Of a DNA stretch of 53,571 nt, positions 7,945 to 16,430 are shown piece by piece. The notes below the pieces were generated by a model, which had not been told where the DNA came from, searched no databases, and saw nothing but the letters and a program-made list of their open reading frames with translations. The first letter of the stretch is position 1. Every line of letters begins with the position of its first letter. The translations under genes were made by a program, and so were the position numbers. The DNA comes from a virus. Taxonomy: Duplodnaviria; Caudoviricetes. The stretch lies in IMG/VR virus record IMGVR_UViG_3300012816_000027, positions 1 to 53,571 of that record; one strand, 5' to 3'.

Positions 7945-9233
7945 TTATCCCCCCCAAATGCGAAGCCAATCATCCGCCCGTCATACGCAGCGACAGACTG
8001 CCATCCATCTACAAAGCCCCCCTTCATGCTTTTCCTCACATATCGGCCATCAGATAGCTGAAAAACTACAATTGTTTCGCCGACTGACGGCTCCAAAATC
8101 GAAACAAGACGAACGTCCGATGGTAGCTGGGCCTTGTCTTTCCCCGACTGCGCCCTGGTTCCATTCATGGCGCTGGACATTATTTGTGGAGAAGCCGGCT
8201 GTGATTTCGATTCTTGATTTCCATTGAGCCGGGTTAAGAAGGAGTAGAGCCATTTACTCCCATATCCAAACATCGCGATGCCGATCACCATGGAGCAGAT
8301 GAAATATTTGTTCTTGAAGAGATTCTGCCGATCGTCTGTCTGGCTTTCCTTCCCCTGAGCTCCATCATAGGATTTGTATAGTGGGAAGATCCGCTTGTCA
8401 TATTTTTGGATAGGCGAAGTTGATACCAGTGATCTCTTGGAAGGTTTTCCTTCATAGACCTCGACCCGATAGCGAGAACTAAAGCCGAGAACTTTCAATT
8501 TCTGGAAAACAAGGACAAGCTCACAGACTCCGCGCAAGAAACGATGTAGTGAGGCGAAATCTTGGATGATCACCAGCAGATCGCACGCGATTCCGTTATC
8601 GGCAACGTAGTGCCTATGCATACGGAAGAAATTCATATGTTCCGATGAAAGCTTTTCGCTAGCGCTCCAATAACGCCAAGCCTCGTCGATTACAACAAAA
8701 TCACCTGGACTTACAACTGACGGGCCGGTGTCTCCAATTTGAGCAAATATTTCTCCAGGAGCTTTGTCGGAGAACCATTCTGCCTCGAAGCTCCGCCATT
8801 CGCGGTGTGCTGCTTCGATCAAGCATGATCCGACATCAATGCCGCGCTCATGCAATTTTTTTAGCTCAGGAAGAAGGAGCTGAAACGAAACCTTAGTGAA
8901 GCTTTTTCCATGAGCCAAAACAAATTCATCTGCATAATGCTGCAGCTCACGAGCAGGAACAAAGTCGGGTATCTCAAACTTCAGATTGCTGGGTGCTTCG
9001 CCTGGGAAAAATCCGGGTTGTGAAACAGCTTCATTCGACACATTTAGCACATGGCCAAGGCTTGCAACATCACGCCCTTTGTTCGCCAAGTAATCCCGGA
9101 TTTTCTCAGAGTCAATACCTGAAATATTCGTTACTACTCTACGTCCAGCCTCGATTGCTGGAAGCACGCCATTCAGAATTGCTTCATAGGTTTTACCCGA
9201 CCCCATTACTCCACTGTAGACAGAGATCGCCAT
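7941..9233 (-). CDS. zot: Zot-like assembly ATPase (inovirus pI)
   Basis: GVMGSGKT Walker A, VVIDEAW Walker B, HRH motif, YKSY, single TM segment. Confidence 0.93.
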   Translation of the reverse strand: MAISVYSGVMGSGKTYEAILNGVLPAIEAGRRVVTNISGIDSEKIRDYLANKGRDVASLGHVLNVSNEAVSQPGFFPGEAPSNLKFEIPDFVPARELQHYADEFVLAHGKSFTKVSFQLLLPELKKLHERGIDVGSCLIEAAHREWRSFEAEWFSDKAPGEIFAQIGDTGPSVVSPGDFVVIDEAWRYWSASEKLSSEHMNFFRMHRHYVADNGIACDLLVIIQDFASLHRFLRGVCELVLVFQKLKVLGFSSRYRVEVYEGKPSKRSLVSTSPIQKYDKRIFPLYKSYDGAQGKESQTDDRQNLFKNKYFICSMVIGIAMFGYGSKWLYSFLTRLNGNQESKSQPASPQIMSSAMNGTRAQSGKDKAQLPSDVRLVSILEPSVGETIVVFQLSDGRYVRKSMKGGFVDGWQSVAAYDGRMIGFAFGGDK

Positions 9234-9236
9234 GCA

Positions 9237-9524
9237 TCACCCAATAATCGGCATGCGCCGAATTAAAAAACGATAGGTCAAAGCAGTGATCACAAGCGGA
9301 GCACCAGCAGAGAAGCACATCAAATCCAAGAAATACCAAGTACCTGAATCTAATCCTGAAAGCGCACCATTCAGTGAGGCCGGCGATGGAATGTAGCTGC
9401 CCAAAAAGGACATTAGATCTGAGATGACAAAGTAAAGCGCAAACATGATGCAGAATTTGACGATGACCTGAGTAAAAACAAAACTCAGGATCTGATAAAA
9501 GGCGGAAAGGAGGATGCCGTACAT
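9237..9524 (-). CDS. Minor coat protein pVI-like (DUF2523 type)
   Basis: Hydrophobic 95 aa ending RFLIRRMPIIG, located between pIII and Zot; ATG at 9524 with AGGAG RBS. Confidence 0.82.
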   Translation of the reverse strand: MYGILLSAFYQILSFVFTQVIVKFCIMFALYFVISDLMSFLGSYIPSPASLNGALSGLDSGTWYFLDLMCFSAGAPLVITALTYRFLIRRMPIIG

Positions 9525-9532
9525 TCGATCTC

Positions 9533-10888
9533 CTACGCTGAAAGGACGATGAATGCCGCAACTACAAGCCATCCAATCATCGCGACGGCTGCAATAGCTG
9601 ACCGCCACTGCTCCGCAAAAACACACTGCTCATTCAAATCAATATTGAAAACGTGGCCCGCAATAACGGGCGATATTGACCACGTTGGACACACTCCCGC
9701 GTGTGTTGGAACCGTCCAGCCCGTCCAAGTGGACATCAGATGCTGAATCGGCTCGAAGATCCCGCTGGGAGCCGAGTCGAGTGTCGGAGCAGAAATGCCT
9801 GGATCGACACCAAGATTGACCTCCGGCGTGCCAGCCCCTGCATTGGATGTATTGTCAGTTGATGATGTGGTCGGTACTGTAACGGCTGTATCAGCAGTGG
9901 TAGGAACACTTGAACTGAGGGAAGAAGTTTCAGGCCATAGAGATGGGTTCGTCGATTGATATTCAGAAAAATTTTCTGAGCTTACGGGGGCTGTGCTGGA
10001 AATTGGCAAGCCTGGATAATCAGGTTGTGACGCAGCATTTTTCCAAAGCCTATTTGCAAGCTCCGCTACGATCTCTGGGTTCAGCGCTACCGATTTTTCC
10101 GCGGCTGAAAGGTTGTCATATGCATTAGCTAGAGAGATGCCTGTCGCCTGAATAGGTGCATATGGTGTACCGGTAAAGTCCACAGCAATACATTTTCCGG
10201 CCGACGAGCTAAAGCCAGATCCCGAAGGGCACGTAACCCCGTTCTTATCGACGCTCGACTGCGCATACCCATAGATCGACTTTGTGTAAGAAAGATTGGA
10301 GATTACTGTGCCAGGAACAGTGAATAGGTAAGTCGCAGAATATTGCGTACTACTATTTTGCGTGAAACTCGGCGTGCTGAACGACGCCGTAGGATATGAA
10401 ACTAGTGTCTGGGCGAAAAAGTAGCCAAGTGCCTCTTGCGGCGTTCCAAAATAAACTGAATAGCCTGGCGCCAACCAAAGCGTTGCACCCAGCTGGACAC
10501 CAGGTGATGCAATAGAAGAGACGCTTGTTCCTGGGGGGGATCTATAGACCTTGCCATCGCTATCAAAGTACCAATAGAGACCTGCACCAATAGCAACTGC
10601 AGCAAGAGTGTACGGGGCAAGCGCTGCCATTGCGCCAAGCCACGTTCCGCCCGCTGTTGCTTCGGCAGCCAAGGGCAATACGTCAGCGCTGATCGCTCTT
10701 ATGGTCGTGATAATGCGCGGATCATTCGCCGCAAATCCTCGCGAGATAAGGTTTCTGGAAATGCCTTGGCCAAGCGCCGAGCTGAGCATGCTGGACTGAG
10801 TTGGAAGCGCCTGAGCTGACGCATCAGAGAATGAAAGCCCAGACAGCGACACCGCAAGCGCGATAATACATCTAGAGAATTTAAACAT
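9533..10888 (-). CDS. Attachment protein pIII-like
   Basis: Signal peptide, RGFAANDPR motif, S/T/P-rich linker, C-terminal CP...C domain and TM anchor; start at ATG 10888. Confidence 0.82.
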   Translation of the reverse strand: MFKFSRCIIALAVSLSGLSFSDASAQALPTQSSMLSSALGQGISRNLISRGFAANDPRIITTIRAISADVLPLAAEATAGGTWLGAMAALAPYTLAAVAIGAGLYWYFDSDGKVYRSPPGTSVSSIASPGVQLGATLWLAPGYSVYFGTPQEALGYFFAQTLVSYPTASFSTPSFTQNSSTQYSATYLFTVPGTVISNLSYTKSIYGYAQSSVDKNGVTCPSGSGFSSSAGKCIAVDFTGTPYAPIQATGISLANAYDNLSAAEKSVALNPEIVAELANRLWKNAASQPDYPGLPISSTAPVSSENFSEYQSTNPSLWPETSSLSSSVPTTADTAVTVPTTSSTDNTSNAGAGTPEVNLGVDPGISAPTLDSAPSGIFEPIQHLMSTWTGWTVPTHAGVCPTWSISPVIAGHVFNIDLNEQCVFAEQWRSAIAAVAMIGWLVVAAFIVLSA

Positions 10889-10974
10889 CAAAAGCCCTTC
10901 AATCCAGTCACGAATGCCCAGCCGCAAAGCACTCCCGCGAAGAACAGAGAGAGGTACCAAAAATCTGTATTCAC
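10888..10974 (-). CDS. 28-aa hydrophobic peptide, probable minor coat protein (absent from the ORF track)
   Basis: GTG start after AGGA RBS; MNTDFWYLSLFFAGVLCGWAFVTGLKGF; TGATG overlap with the pIII start. Confidence 0.7.
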   Translation of the reverse strand: MNTDFWYLSLFFAGVLCGWAFVTGLKGF

Positions 10975-10985
10975 TATGTTTCCTG

Positions 10986-11013
10986 AAATAGAAAGGGAGC
11001 GCTAAGCGCTCCC
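10986..11013 (-). terminator. Rho-independent terminator after major coat gene
   Basis: gggagcgc-tta-gcgctccc stem followed by tttctattt; same position as the Ff central terminator. Confidence 0.75.
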
Positions 11014-11025
11014 CCGTTCCTTGAA

Positions 11026-11259
11026 TTAGATCTTCGGCTTGAACTTCGATTCGACCAGGCGTGCGCCCCACAAAACAACGCCGACACCGACCAGGAGGCC
11101 GACAATAACCAGGCCAGCCGACTGCGCATCACTCATGTTGATTGATTGCGCCAGCTCAGTGGCAGTTGTCGGAGTAGTGGTTGTCTGAGCAAATGCACTG
11201 GAGGCACCAATGAGTGCGGTCATGATGGAAGCGATACGAACGGAGTTAACAACTTTCAT
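11026..11259 (-). CDS. Major coat protein pVIII-like
   Basis: Signal peptide ending AFA, about 50-aa mature protein with TM helix and basic C-terminus (SKFKPKI). Confidence 0.85.
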   Translation of the reverse strand: MKVVNSVRIASIMTALIGASSAFAQTTTTPTTATELAQSINMSDAQSAGLVIVGLLVGVGVVLWGARLVESKFKPKI

Positions 11260-11295
11260 GGAATTTCCTATCTAGAGTAAAAAACAGTTCTACCG

Positions 11296-11586
11296 TCACT
11301 TAAAATGACGAAGCAAAACTGAACCTTTGAATCCGATGAGGTAGAAAAGGACTACCACTCCGAATCCAAATCCGAAGAGCCCACCGCCAGTGCTGGCATC
11401 AAATGGCAAAGCAAGTCCATCAAAAACCGACTGAGACGTTGAGAAGGGGACATACGATGTAACGAGATAAGCGTTCTGGCCAGTCGGACACACTGAAGCT
11501 GAAACTGGGCCATAGATCTGCCCATTTCCAGAACCTGGGTCTGAATCAGCGCAAACGACTAGCTGCAAAATTTGGCCTGCTGCCAT
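11296..11586 (-). CDS. Minor coat protein pVII/pIX-like
   Basis: C-terminal Gly-rich TM segment, position upstream of the major coat gene. Confidence 0.6.
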   Translation of the reverse strand: MAAGQILQLVVCADSDPGSGNGQIYGPVSASVCPTGQNAYLVTSYVPFSTSQSVFDGLALPFDASTGGGLFGFGFGVVVLFYLIGFKGSVLLRHFK

Positions 11587-11594
11587 AGAAAATC

Positions 11595-11801
11595 TCAGTT
11601 AAGCCGGCTATCTGACGATGGCTCGTAAAACGAGTGCAAAAAGAAACCTTCTCCACAATGGATTAGCGCAGTCTCCACCGCAGATTCTTCGTCCGAAAAC
11701 CTTCCTGCCTGCTCAAGCCACAAGGTGAAACCGACATCCCCGAATTCAGGAAACAGAAATAAGGCAGTTTCCCGATCCTGCACAATGAAGACGCGCCGCA
11801 T
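11595..11801 (-). CDS. Small inovirus hypothetical protein
   Basis: 68-aa ORF tightly packed between ssb and coat genes. Confidence 0.65.
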   Translation of the reverse strand: MRRVFIVQDRETALFLFPEFGDVGFTLWLEQAGRFSDEESAVETALIHCGEGFFLHSFYEPSSDSRLN

Positions 11802-11803
11802 GA

Positions 11804-12115
11804 CTAGGCTGCTGCTTTTTGTTTGACCATCTCGATCGGGCGCAGCTCGATGAGCATGGTTCGCTGTGCCTTACCCGTAGTTGCAATTTCAAACGTCGCT
11901 TCGGCAGTGAAGGGGAAAGTCAGATGTTTGTATTTGGAGTACTCCGTTGATGCGCCGAAGGAATGCTCGATGACCGAATAGCCTTTTGCGTTGTCCTTCG
12001 AATCGTCGAGTGGAGCTTCGGCATACACTTTAGTGCTGTCATAGCTGGCGCCATTTTCCAGCGTTCCCTTCGATGCCTTCATGCCCATGACTTTTACTTG
12101 TGCGGTGAAACGCAT
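11804..12115 (-). CDS. Single-stranded DNA-binding protein pV-like
   Basis: About 100-aa beta-rich protein (KGTLENGASYDSTKVY, FPFTAE) immediately downstream of rep. Confidence 0.78.
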   Translation of the reverse strand: MRFTAQVKVMGMKASKGTLENGASYDSTKVYAEAPLDDSKDNAKGYSVIEHSFGASTEYSKYKHLTFPFTAEATFEIATTGKAQRTMLIELRPIEMVKQKAAA

Positions 12116-12133
12116 AACAATTTCCTTTCAGGT

Positions 12134-13408
12134 TTAGGTAGGCCGATTTATTTCGGAGTCTTCTGATGGCCTCATTTCAGATCCGATTTCTTCGTTTTCG
12201 AAAACATAGGTTTTCACCTGATGTCTTTCGTGGAATCCGGTGAACTTTTCTGGCGACAGCTTTGCTAATCTCTCAGGCCACAGATCTTCATCCGATTGCA
12301 GTTCTTGCAGTAAGGACTCATCGGAATCGGCCAGTCCGCGTAGAACTCGCAGATATTTTCCAAATTGAACCTTGATGATTTTCTTTGCATCTGCAACGTT
12401 GATTTCCGCGCGCCTTTGCCTCGTATCAAGCTTTTCCGCAAAGCTCTTTTGCAACAACTCAAGCCAGGGATACTGACAAAAATATGCTTCTGGTCGGATA
12501 AGGACATCCAATGGCAATACGCTATCTTTGGATTTCATTTCAAGCTCAACCCGAACCCAAGTTGAATTTGGATCTCCCTCAGCCTTTCCTTTGTCATAGC
12601 GGCGTAAATAAAGGTCGCCTGTCCGCGCGCCAACTGCATCAGTAATGCCTTTTTCGCGGCCGCGCTTTGTGTGAACGCACCCGAAGACTTGGTAATGCGG
12701 CCAGCAATCAGGTGTGCCCAAATGTCGCTTCTGGCGAACAAATTCGCCTTTGTGATAAGCAGTTTGAAATGCATCGTGACTCGGGCCGTTCTCATGCATA
12801 TCAACAGCTAGATCAACGCGGCTTATTGAGACGTTACCGCCCATTCGTTCAATTCTGGAAAGCCAAAAGTGAACCCTTGAACCCGCATCGACGGGAGCAT
12901 GTAGCCAACCTTCACCTGATATTGAAATTAGAAGACGGTCACTCTTGTGACCGATACAAAAAATTCCCCATTTTTGACCGATCACATAACTCTCTTTGTA
13001 GAAGTGCATGCCATAGCCATTCTTGCTGCTAATCGCAAAAGCATCGCCAAAGATCTGAGCTAAGTCATATGAAATTGCGGCAGCAATATCGTCATCGGTG
13101 AGGATGCTCTTACCGCTGAAACGCAGATAGCTGATGACATTGAAGGTCACTGACAACCAATCAATAAAGACTGTTTGGTCTTTTTCCGTGCGCTTAAGAA
13201 TTTGTTTGAGTTTGCCGTCGGCGAGCACTAACTTGATGTAGTCATCATCATGTTCCCCTCTATTAGCTCGGAGGGGTTCAGCCGGCCTTGGAGCATTTTC
13301 TGAAACGCGACGTGGAGCCTCCCCGTCCTCGCGCTTCGCGCTGCGGGCGGGAAGTTCCAAGCCGCGCACGTTGCGATGAGCGTCGATAGCGCGTTTGAGT
13401 TTGCTCAT
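12134..13408 (-). CDS. Rolling-circle replication initiator, Rep_trans family
   Basis: IDWLSVT, ISRVDLAVD, RRYDKG, WVRVELE motifs; ATGA overlap with the upstream gene. Confidence 0.9.
   Translation of the reverse strand: MSKLKRAIDAHRNVRGLELPARSAKREDGEAPRRVSENAPRPAEPLRANRGEHDDDYIKLVLADGKLKQILKRTEKDQTVFIDWLSVTFNVISYLRFSGKSILTDDDIAAAISYDLAQIFGDAFAISSKNGYGMHFYKESYVIGQKWGIFCIGHKSDRLLISISGEGWLHAPVDAGSRVHFWLSRIERMGGNVSISRVDLAVDMHENGPSHDAFQTAYHKGEFVRQKRHLGTPDCWPHYQVFGCVHTKRGREKGITDAVGARTGDLYLRRYDKGKAEGDPNSTWVRVELEMKSKDSVLPLDVLIRPEAYFCQYPWLELLQKSFAEKLDTRQRRAEINVADAKKIIKVQFGKYLRVLRGLADSDESLLQELQSDEDLWPERLAKLSPEKFTGFHERHQVKTYVFENEEIGSEMRPSEDSEINRPT
13253..13278 (-). promoter_or_regulatory. Putative plus-strand origin / nick-site hairpin inside rep
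   Basis: AACCCCTC-CGAGCTAATA-GAGGGG, resembling the CCCC..CTAAYAGGGG nick hairpin of Rep_trans/MOB-T origins. Confidence 0.6.
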
Positions 13409-13623
13409 AGGGCGAACTCTTTCTCTGAGCAACTGCGCTGGATCGCAGCCAAATTCACCAAGCTGTACTTTCCGATCGAGACCGTCGGCAAATAACCCTT
13501 GTTGATAAATCCCACTATCACGCCAAGTGGCAGACCAACCATTTCAGCGAATCTCTCTCTACTCACCAATGGAGATACGTAGTTAGGCAACGGGGAAGTG
13601 ACAAACGGCACAAAAGAACTCAA
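13405..13623 (-). CDS. Excisionase-like DNA-binding protein (XisF-like)
   Basis: RERFAEMVGL...KGYLPTVSIGKYSLVN winged HTH, divergent from the repressor. Confidence 0.75.
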   Translation of the reverse strand: MSSFVPFVTSPLPNYVSPLVSRERFAEMVGLPLGVIVGFINKGYLPTVSIGKYSLVNLAAIQRSCSEKEFAL

Positions 13624-13658
13624 AATCCACCTCGAGAGACAATTTCGACATCAAAGGT

Positions 13659-13699
13659 TACACTATAGTGTATTAATTTGGTGTATTTATTTTACACCA
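13659..13699. promoter_or_regulatory. Operator palindromes in the divergent xis/repressor promoter region
   Basis: Perfect palindrome tacactatagtgta (13659-13672) and IR tggtgta-N7-tacacca (13679-13699). Confidence 0.65.
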
Positions 13700-13720
13700 T
13701 ATAATTTGGAGCGCAAGAAA

Positions 13721-14485
13721 ATGATTAAAACTCTTGAGCAAACAAGAATTAGCGAACGTCTGCGAGAGGCGATCCAGGAAGAGCTATCTTCTAGGGGGAA
13801 ATTCACTTATTTGGCGAATAAAAGCGAAATCCCAGCATCCAACTGGAAAAACTTTTACTACAAACGGCAAGAAGCAACTGAGGAAATGATTAATTTCTGG
13901 ATAAATAATTATCCCGATTGGGAGTACTATTTATTCACCGGCAATAGCGGATTTATGAAGGAGCAAAAGGCTATTTTCGGAATAACAGAACCCGACAAAG
14001 ATCAATGCAAAACACTCAGAGATCGATTGAACTGGGTGATACGGGAGTGGGCATCTCCGCGAGGGGAAAAGCTTTTCAAATACCTGCAGGAGAAAAGTGG
14101 AGGGTCAATATCTGCAAAGGAATGGGCAGACGTCATTCTAGACATAGCAGATCCGACCATCGAGATGCTACAGATTGTGCTGAGCTACAGACCTCATTTT
14201 TCTGAATGGGTGCTCCTGGGAAGGAGATCGCATGAACTCAGGCAAGTAGATCCATCCGACAAAGCCATACTGCATCAGTGGCATCAAATGAAATATGTCT
14301 CAGAACAAACACTTTATGAGCTTTGGAATCAGCACAAACAAACAAAAGCTCCAGATACCGAAGAGAGGGGCCCAAATTCATGGCCATATCCAAAGTTAAA
14401 ACTGGATGGCAAGCAAACATCCAACCCGGCGGACGAAGCGGCAAACGAGTTAAAAAGACTTTCAAAACGAAAGCCGAAGCAATAA
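13721..14485 (+). CDS. Inovirus repressor-like protein with two tandem HTH domains
   Basis: Two similar units (ISERL..FTYLANKSEI..W..T.EMI..P.W..YLFTG and LRDRL..FKYLQEKSG..W..T.EML..PHF.EWVLLG); ATG 13721 with GGAG RBS. Confidence 0.7.
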   Translation: MIKTLEQTRISERLREAIQEELSSRGKFTYLANKSEIPASNWKNFYYKRQEATEEMINFWINNYPDWEYYLFTGNSGFMKEQKAIFGITEPDKDQCKTLRDRLNWVIREWASPRGEKLFKYLQEKSGGSISAKEWADVILDIADPTIEMLQIVLSYRPHFSEWVLLGRRSHELRQVDPSDKAILHQWHQMKYVSEQTLYELWNQHKQTKAPDTEERGPNSWPYPKLKLDGKQTSNPADEAANELKRLSKRKPKQ

Positions 14486-15387
14486 CTTGGGAGCGTTTCG
14501 TACAAGCCAAAGCTCAAGCAGATCCCGAATGGACTCCGCCGAAGAAAGATCTACGGCGCTTAACGGATCTGGTTGATCTTTGGTACAGGCACCATGGCTC
14601 GGGATTAAGAGATGGTGAAAGCAGAAAGCGAATCTTAATCGCGATGTGTAACTACATGGGCAATCCACACGCGGGAGAATTCAGCCCTGATCAATTCGCA
14701 GAATATCGACTAAAACGAATTGAGAAGGGGATAACGCAGAACACCATGAATAGGGAGCAAGCATATTTACGCGCCGTTTTTAATGAAAACATTCGACTCG
14801 GTCACTGGAAGAAGGACAATCCACTGAGCAAATTGCGGGCATTCAAAATTCAAGAACGAGAGCTCGCGTACTTGACCCTGCCTCAAATAACAAATTTGCT
14901 AGATCACCTAAAGCAAACCGATAACCGTGATGTACTTCTCATTACCAAAATCTGCTTGGCAACGGGTGCTCGTTGGGGAGAAGCAGAAGAGGTTCGGATC
15001 TCCCAAATCCGCAATAAACTTATTCAATTCGTTCAAACAAAATCAAGCAAGGCAAGAGCAGTTCCAATTACGGAAGAATTGGAAAACGAGCTATTGCATC
15101 ACTACGAACTGTTCGGCTCCGGAGAAAGGCTTTTTCAAGCAGCCTATGAAGCCTTCCGCGAAGGAGTCAAACTTGCGAAATTAGAGCTCCCTAAGGGGCA
15201 ACTAACTCATATCCTGAGACATACCTTCGCCAGTCACTACGTCATGGGTGGCGGCAATATCCTTGCCCTTCAACGAGCTTTAGGCCACCATAGTTTAGCA
15301 ATGACCATCCGCTATGCCCATTTATCTCCTGAGCATTTGCAAGAAGCCAAGCAACTCAATCCCCTTGCACAACTAAATCCCCGTTGA
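14380..15387 (+). CDS. int: Tyrosine integrase (P2/Pf4-like)
   Basis: TGAR, TKS, HILRHTFASH, LGH, RYAH catalytic motifs; adjacent to att. Confidence 0.95.
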   Translation: MAISKVKTGWQANIQPGGRSGKRVKKTFKTKAEAITWERFVQAKAQADPEWTPPKKDLRRLTDLVDLWYRHHGSGLRDGESRKRILIAMCNYMGNPHAGEFSPDQFAEYRLKRIEKGITQNTMNREQAYLRAVFNENIRLGHWKKDNPLSKLRAFKIQERELAYLTLPQITNLLDHLKQTDNRDVLLITKICLATGARWGEAEEVRISQIRNKLIQFVQTKSSKARAVPITEELENELLHHYELFGSGERLFQAAYEAFREGVKLAKLELPKGQLTHILRHTFASHYVMGGGNILALQRALGHHSLAMTIRYAHLSPEHLQEAKQLNPLAQLNPR

Positions 15388-15403
15388 ACCTCCGTTGAAC
15401 CTT
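15381..15403 (+). repeat. Putative integrase arm-type site, partner of 257-279
   Basis: ccgttgaacctccgttgaacctt tandem repeat. Confidence 0.7.
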
Positions 15404-15408
15404 GAATG

Positions 15409-15443
15409 AAAAAAAGGGATTCCGATTTCTCGGAATCCCTTTT
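15409..15443. terminator. Bidirectional terminator between the inovirus integrase and att
   Basis: aaaagggattccga-tttc-tcggaatccctttt, 14-bp stem with A/T tracts. Confidence 0.85.
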
Positions 15444-15449
15444 AGGTAC

Positions 15450-15494
15450 TGGTGGCCCCCCCGTGAGTCGAACACGGCACCAACGGATTATGAG
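15450..15494 (-). repeat. att site copy 2, junction between the two prophages
   Basis: tRNA 3' half including CCA (GGGGGGGCCACCA); identity ends exactly at the anticodon loop CTCATAA. Confidence 0.95.
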
Positions 15495-15614
15495 ACTTTC
15501 AGACTGCAAGTAGGCAAAAAGGGAAAGTGCAGTCAATTCAACGACTTGCAGCGGAAGCCATCCCATAGATCGGCTGCACTTTCCCAGCCATTTTGCCTGA
15601 ATATTGCCTACTCT

Positions 15615-15634
15615 GGTCACGTTTTGGTCACAGC
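15615..15634 (+). repeat. Putative arm-type site of the podophage integrase
   Basis: ggtcacgttttggtcacagc, exact 20-bp copy at 52327-52346. Confidence 0.75.
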
Positions 15635-15743
15635 GCACAACACCAGAACGCGCGGCAAGCATCGAAAACAGGACTTTTTCTTTACCGTCCGAGATTCTGA
15701 TGCCAGTCTTCGATGCATGCCAACACGTTACGAGGGGGAACAA

Positions 15744-16154
15744 ATGAGAAAAATAGCACCGTTAGCTGCCGCAGCCGTACTCGTTGGCTGCGCCACCTGG
15801 GGGCAAATGAACGAGGGACTGCAGGGCTTGCTGGGCCAGCCTATCGAGGTGGCAATCAACAAGATTGGCTACCCTACCAGCGAGCAAACCCTTGCGGGCC
15901 GGAAGCTTTATCGATGGGGCTCATCTAGCCAGCAGATGGCATACCTGCCAACCACCACAACCACCACCGGATCTTTCGGTGCCGGCAGCGGCTTCGCCCC
16001 CTACTCCGCCACTACCACAGGCGGTACTTTCGTCCCTGTGAACTACAACTGCCAAATTACCCTGGCAGTAGATGCCAAGGAGACCATCATCCACTACGAA
16101 TACAACGGGAACCTTGGCGGCTGCGAGCGCTACATCAATGCGTTGAAGAAATAA
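15744..16154 (+). CDS. Lipoprotein moron
   Basis: MRKIAPLAAAAVLVGC lipobox; GAGGGGG RBS before ATG 15744. Confidence 0.75.
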   Translation: MRKIAPLAAAAVLVGCATWGQMNEGLQGLLGQPIEVAINKIGYPTSEQTLAGRKLYRWGSSSQQMAYLPTTTTTTGSFGAGSGFAPYSATTTGGTFVPVNYNCQITLAVDAKETIIHYEYNGNLGGCERYINALKK

Positions 16155-16186
16155 CACTGCCAACTTAATTTGAACGGGGAAAAACG

Positions 16187-16423
16187 ATGACAAAGTTAAA
16201 GGTCTATCAGTTCGAATGCTACGACATTATGTCTGACCAGTTCATCCGATCTAAACGCTGGGCGACGACGGCGGCTATCGCCAAGATTCCAGGTGCTAGT
16301 CAGATAGCGGATTCTGGAATAGAAGTGGAAGAAGATGTCGTGGACAGTGATATTGAGGGCATGACAGAGATTGGTTTCCGCCCGCCTACAGAGGGAGGGT
16401 TTCAACGCGAGGTGAAGGAGTAG
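16187..16423 (+). CDS. Hypothetical protein
   Basis: 78 aa, GGGGA RBS, co-oriented with neighbours. Confidence 0.6.
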   Translation: MTKLKVYQFECYDIMSDQFIRSKRWATTAAIAKIPGASQIADSGIEVEEDVVDSDIEGMTEIGFRPPTEGGFQREVKE

Positions 16424-16430
16424 AACCCCG

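Larger units (their letters stand above)
124..15494. mobile_element. Filamentous (Inovirus-like) prophage with its own tyrosine integrase and defence cargo, 15,331 bp between att cores
   Basis: Bounded by tRNA-derived direct repeats; rep, ssb, coat, pIII, pVI, Zot and secretin genes in canonical order, plus divergent repressor and integrase. Confidence 0.93.

Noticed and set aside
7941-9233. Zot as an enterotoxin virulence factor
   Set aside because: Context shows it is the inovirus assembly ATPase; nothing in the sequence supports the Vibrio-specific toxic C-terminal peptide
15402-15743. N-terminal extension of the 250-aa ORF across the att junction
   Set aside because: Runs through the terminator and att core; the real start is the lipoprotein ATG at 15744
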